Positions 61,334 through 64,000 of a stretch of DNA of 64,000 nt are shown here, one piece after another (the stretch's first letter is position 1; every line of letters starts with the position of its first letter). The stretch spans positions 97,489 to 161,488 of the forward strand of contig CAVJPU010000002.1 in the NCBI GenBank assembly GCA_963651445.1. The letters run 5' to 3'. The notes beneath the pieces were generated by a model, which searched no databases, had not been told where the DNA came from, and saw only the letters and a list, made by a program, of their open reading frames with translations. The translations under genes and the position numbers were made by a program. The DNA is from a bacterium. Its GTDB lineage: Bacteria; Bacillota_I; Bacilli_A; RFN20; CAG-826.

Positions 61334-61362
61334 ATTATACTATTTTTTATAGCTAAAGTAAA
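61334..61362 (-). promoter_or_regulatory. Early promoter TTTACT-N17-TATAAT
   Basis: -35 at 61357-61362 and -10 at 61334-61339. Confidence 0.55.
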
Positions 61363-61366
61363 TAAA

Positions 61367-61612
61367 TTAATTCAACTGTTTAATAATATTTGCTAATGTC
61401 TCTAAATCATCCGGCAATACCACGCCAAATTGATATAAATCCTGAAGGTCAACAAAAGAATTTATACACTCTACACTTTTGATTTGCGATGACAAAAATG
61501 TTTTAATGTTTTCTAATTCTTCGGCTGGCTCTGTACAAAGAGTAGAACTATCTAAACAATTTAACTTGCTGAGTAAAACTTTAGCAACTATATCAGGAAC
61601 TATTCTAGACAT
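61367..61612 (-). CDS. Hypothetical protein
   Basis: 81-aa ORF downstream of dda. Confidence 0.5.
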   Translation of the reverse strand: MSRIVPDIVAKVLLSKLNCLDSSTLCTEPAEELENIKTFLSSQIKSVECINSFVDLQDLYQFGVVLPDDLETLANIIKQLN

Positions 61613-61621
61613 ACTAAATCC

Positions 61622-62977
61622 TCAAATAAAATAAACATCGTTTTTGGCACGTGTGGCTGCCACATACAATAATTGTTGTGCTAAATCCGGATCTGCTTTG
61701 TGAATACAAGCCGTAAACAAAAACGAGCTGTCAACCGTACTGCCCTGTGACTTATGGATTGTCCCACAAGGCAAAGCTTTTACCTTTTGGAATTGACCTT
61801 TTAATTTCCACCAGCCTTTCCAATTTGGTCGTGGTCCCGTTTTAGAACTTTTAAATTCTTCTGCCGCCTTTGCCATGTAGAATTGGAAAATATTTTGTTG
61901 ACGCTCATCATAGATAACTTGCAATTCGGCAATAACTGGGCTATCGACACCTTGGACTTGAAGATGCCAAACTTTAATTTGTTCTTTAGCATCAATGCCT
62001 TTAATAAACAAAGGAACCGTAGTTTCTACACAATCTAAAATTCGGACCAATTCGCCATTATTAAAAAGAATTTCGGAGAACGATTTTCCATTCATCGAGT
62101 ACGTCTTGATTAATGGCTCTTGCATAACCAAGACTTCATGTTTAATAAATGGAGCTTGTGTATCATATAATCGTTGACGAATAACTTTGTTAAGATTGTC
62201 TACAGATTTATTTGTATATGCCAGCATTCTATTATCAAAAAGCATATCGGCATCTTTTACAATGCTAAAATATTTACTCATGAAATTAGATACGGATTTA
62301 CCTACTTCCGAAAGATCATGGACCCCATGCCCATCAATAATATTTTCTCGGATCCATCCGCCATTTCGAATTTCTGTTGCAACTTCAATAATTGGAGCAT
62401 TAGATCGCATAACCTCGGTTAATGAAACCTGTTTAAACTTTTTGTTAAAGAAAAAAGCGGAAAGTTCTGGACGAGATGAACCAGGAGCTACAGGTCGAAT
62501 TTGTGCGATATCGCCTAGACCAATAATTGTACACCAACTTGGGACAGAAGCCATTAGAATTTTAAATAATTCGCGATCATACATTGATACTTCATCGCAA
62601 ATTAAAATTCGGCATTCCGAAAAATCCGGTGCATCTGATTGCTCAAACGCTGTAGAATCTTCATAAGTTGTTGGGTTAATTTTAAGCAATGAATGAATAG
62701 TTACTGCATCCATACCAGAAAGTTTAGATAATACTTTCTTTGCTTGGTGCGTTGGTGCAGCTAACATTACACCATTTTCACCTTTAGAAATTAAGTGATC
62801 AATCAAAAACTTTGTTAACGTTGTTTTACCAGTTCCGGCAGGGCCATTCACTGTGATATGTTCCGGTTCATTTGCCATTAATGCAGATTTAGTACCGGTT
62901 TTTATTGTAGAAATAATAGATTCAAATGCATGACGTTGGCCTTCATTCAAATCATCAATTGTCAAATCAGTCATCAT
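61622..62977 (-). CDS. dda: Dda DNA helicase (SF1B)
   Basis: LNEGQRHAF, GPAGTGKTTL Walker A, ILCDEVSM Walker B, TIHKSQGST, YVAATRAKNDV. 451 aa (T4 439). Confidence 0.92.
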   Translation of the reverse strand: MMTDLTIDDLNEGQRHAFESIISTIKTGTKSALMANEPEHITVNGPAGTGKTTLTKFLIDHLISKGENGVMLAAPTHQAKKVLSKLSGMDAVTIHSLLKINPTTYEDSTAFEQSDAPDFSECRILICDEVSMYDRELFKILMASVPSWCTIIGLGDIAQIRPVAPGSSRPELSAFFFNKKFKQVSLTEVMRSNAPIIEVATEIRNGGWIRENIIDGHGVHDLSEVGKSVSNFMSKYFSIVKDADMLFDNRMLAYTNKSVDNLNKVIRQRLYDTQAPFIKHEVLVMQEPLIKTYSMNGKSFSEILFNNGELVRILDCVETTVPLFIKGIDAKEQIKVWHLQVQGVDSPVIAELQVIYDERQQNIFQFYMAKAAEEFKSSKTGPRPNWKGWWKLKGQFQKVKALPCGTIHKSQGSTVDSSFLFTACIHKADPDLAQQLLYVAATRAKNDVYFI

Positions 62978-63001
62978 TTTGCCTTACATATGGTTTAATA
63001 A

Positions 63002-63025
63002 ATTATATTACAAATAATTAAAGCA
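63002..63025 (-). promoter_or_regulatory. MotA-dependent middle promoter (AATGCTTTA-N11-TATAAT) for dda
   Basis: MotA box at 63019-63025 and -10 at 63002-63007. Confidence 0.55.
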
Positions 63026-63323
63026 TTTGGACGCGTTTAACAAAAACGGTCTTTAGCTGTCGATTAATTAATTCGACTCTAACTGGATCCAGAGTATATA
63101 CTGGCGGTTCTTTTTTGATTTGGGGATAAAGCCAATGCATAATAGGCCGACGGGTATTTTGCTCTATTTTTGGATTTAATAAATCAGTTAAATCCTTTTT
63201 AACATCTTCTAAATGCTTATTTGCTCTAGATTCGTTAAAGAAAACAGATGCAATACCGAATTCTGTAATGGGCATTTCAAAGCCGTCTTTATCTTTATAA
63301 TATACTGCAAATCCTATATTCAT
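63018..63323 (-). CDS. Hypothetical protein
   Basis: 101-aa ORF. Confidence 0.55.
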   Translation of the reverse strand: MNIGFAVYYKDKDGFEMPITEFGIASVFFNESRANKHLEDVKKDLTDLLNPKIEQNTRRPIMHWLYPQIKKEPPVYTLDPVRVELINRQLKTVFVKRVQML

Positions 63324-63330
63324 AATAACC

Positions 63331-63681
63331 TCATTTAATCAAATCATTTACTTTACGCCAAAGTTCTGTAGTTTTGCCATTTGTTTTATCTGGGTGTATT
63401 GCAAAACGAATACGTTTCAATTCATCATTGGTAAATGTATTGGGCTGTCCACCAGAATTGGTTTGGATACTCAATAATTTAGAAATTGTTTCTTGGTGTT
63501 GAAGTAAACGCACTTTTGCTTCAAAAATCCAACGAGTACTATTGTCCAAGTCACGTTTGAGTGAGTTGATCTCTGCTTCTAGAGAAGCCTTAGTTTTTCT
63601 CTCAAACTTTTTTCTGGTTACATTATCTAACGATACTAGACTACCTAGTACAATACATGTCAACACTATAACTGTAAGCAT
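63331..63681 (-). CDS. Membrane-anchored protein with J-domain-like HPD segment
   Basis: N-terminal TM helix (LTVIVLTCIVLGSLV), a coiled-coil-like middle, and C-terminal ELKRIRFAIHPDKTNGKTTELWRKVNDLIK. Confidence 0.45.
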   Translation of the reverse strand: MLTVIVLTCIVLGSLVSLDNVTRKKFERKTKASLEAEINSLKRDLDNSTRWIFEAKVRLLQHQETISKLLSIQTNSGGQPNTFTNDELKRIRFAIHPDKTNGKTTELWRKVNDLIK

Positions 63682-63691
63682 AATTTACTCC

Positions 63692-63997
63692 TTATAATTT
63701 AACACTAATTAAATTATAACCAATTTTGTTTTTAAGCAATGTAAATAAAGAAGCATTTAAAGGCAATCCTAATTTTAACTTTTGTTTATCCATTGCACTC
63801 AAGTTTTCAAATTTGCGTAAGCCTTCCATAACCAATTTAAGGTTTTCGATGTTTATAACTGCATTTTCTAAACTTTTGACTGTGTTAGAATAAAGCTTTT
63901 GCTTTTTAGCAATCTCGGCGCTTATTTGGCGGATTTTAGGGTTTTCTACACTTACAGGTCTTGTTCTAGTCTCAAGGCCTTTAAATGCTTTAAACAT
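63692..63997 (-). CDS. Hypothetical protein
   Basis: 101-aa ORF whose start lies 3 nt from the window end. Confidence 0.45.
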   Translation of the reverse strand: MFKAFKGLETRTRPVSVENPKIRQISAEIAKKQKLYSNTVKSLENAVINIENLKLVMEGLRKFENLSAMDKQKLKLGLPLNASLFTLLKNKIGYNLISVKL

Positions 63998-64000
63998 AAC

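Noticed and set aside
1-64000. CRISPR arrays, integrase/transposase genes, tRNA genes, rRNA.
   Set aside because: I found no regularly spaced direct repeats, no recombinase motifs and no cloverleaf-compatible sequences in the intergenic regions. The window looks like a strictly lytic T4-type genome.

Overview
AT-rich segment of a T4-like (Tevenvirinae/Straboviridae-type) myovirus. By-eye protein matches to remembered T4 sequences show it is almost perfectly syntenic with the T4 map. The order is capsid gene end - hoc - uvsW - baseplate hub genes 25/26/51/27/28/29/48/54 - DNA ligase (30) - 31 - cd - pseT - rnlA. It continues nrdB/nrdA - td - frd - 32 - 59 - 33 - dsbA - rnh - long tail fibre genes 34/35/36/37 - holin t - asiA - motA - 52 - (ndd/denB positions) - rIIB - rIIA - rnlB - 60/39 - lysozyme - dexA - dda. 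Transcription signals are readable: TATAAATA late promoters (two arranged back to back as TATTTATAAATA), many TTTACA-N17-TATAAT early promoters on the minus strand, MotA-box middle promoters, and stem-loop terminators. The most unusual locus is the topoisomerase II large-subunit gene (39/60) at 54.1-58.9 kb. It is broken three times by three different kinds of element. (1) A split intein (IntN on the 5' ORF, IntC on the next ORF) flanks a free-standing endonuclease-like ORF. (2) A mobA-like HNH endonuclease gene, decayed into three reading frames, sits between the 39 and 60 parts. (3) Exactly at the T4 gene 60 position after the Toprim DADxDG motif lies a stop-containing, hairpin-capped 39-45 nt in-frame gap that looks like a diverged translational-bypass (hop) element. 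Other notable items follow. A 42-codon ArfA-like mini-gene has its intrinsic terminator inside its own ORF. A 63-nt sequence is repeated exactly, 27 kb apart. gp27 carries a C-terminal CHAP/NlpC-P60-like extension, and the Hoc-like protein is 1151 aa. gp37 ends in an S74-type intramolecular chaperone domain. There is also a NADAR-like early gene and a membrane protein with a J-domain-like HPD segment. All functional calls rest on motif recognition and remembered T4 sequences. No database search was possible.
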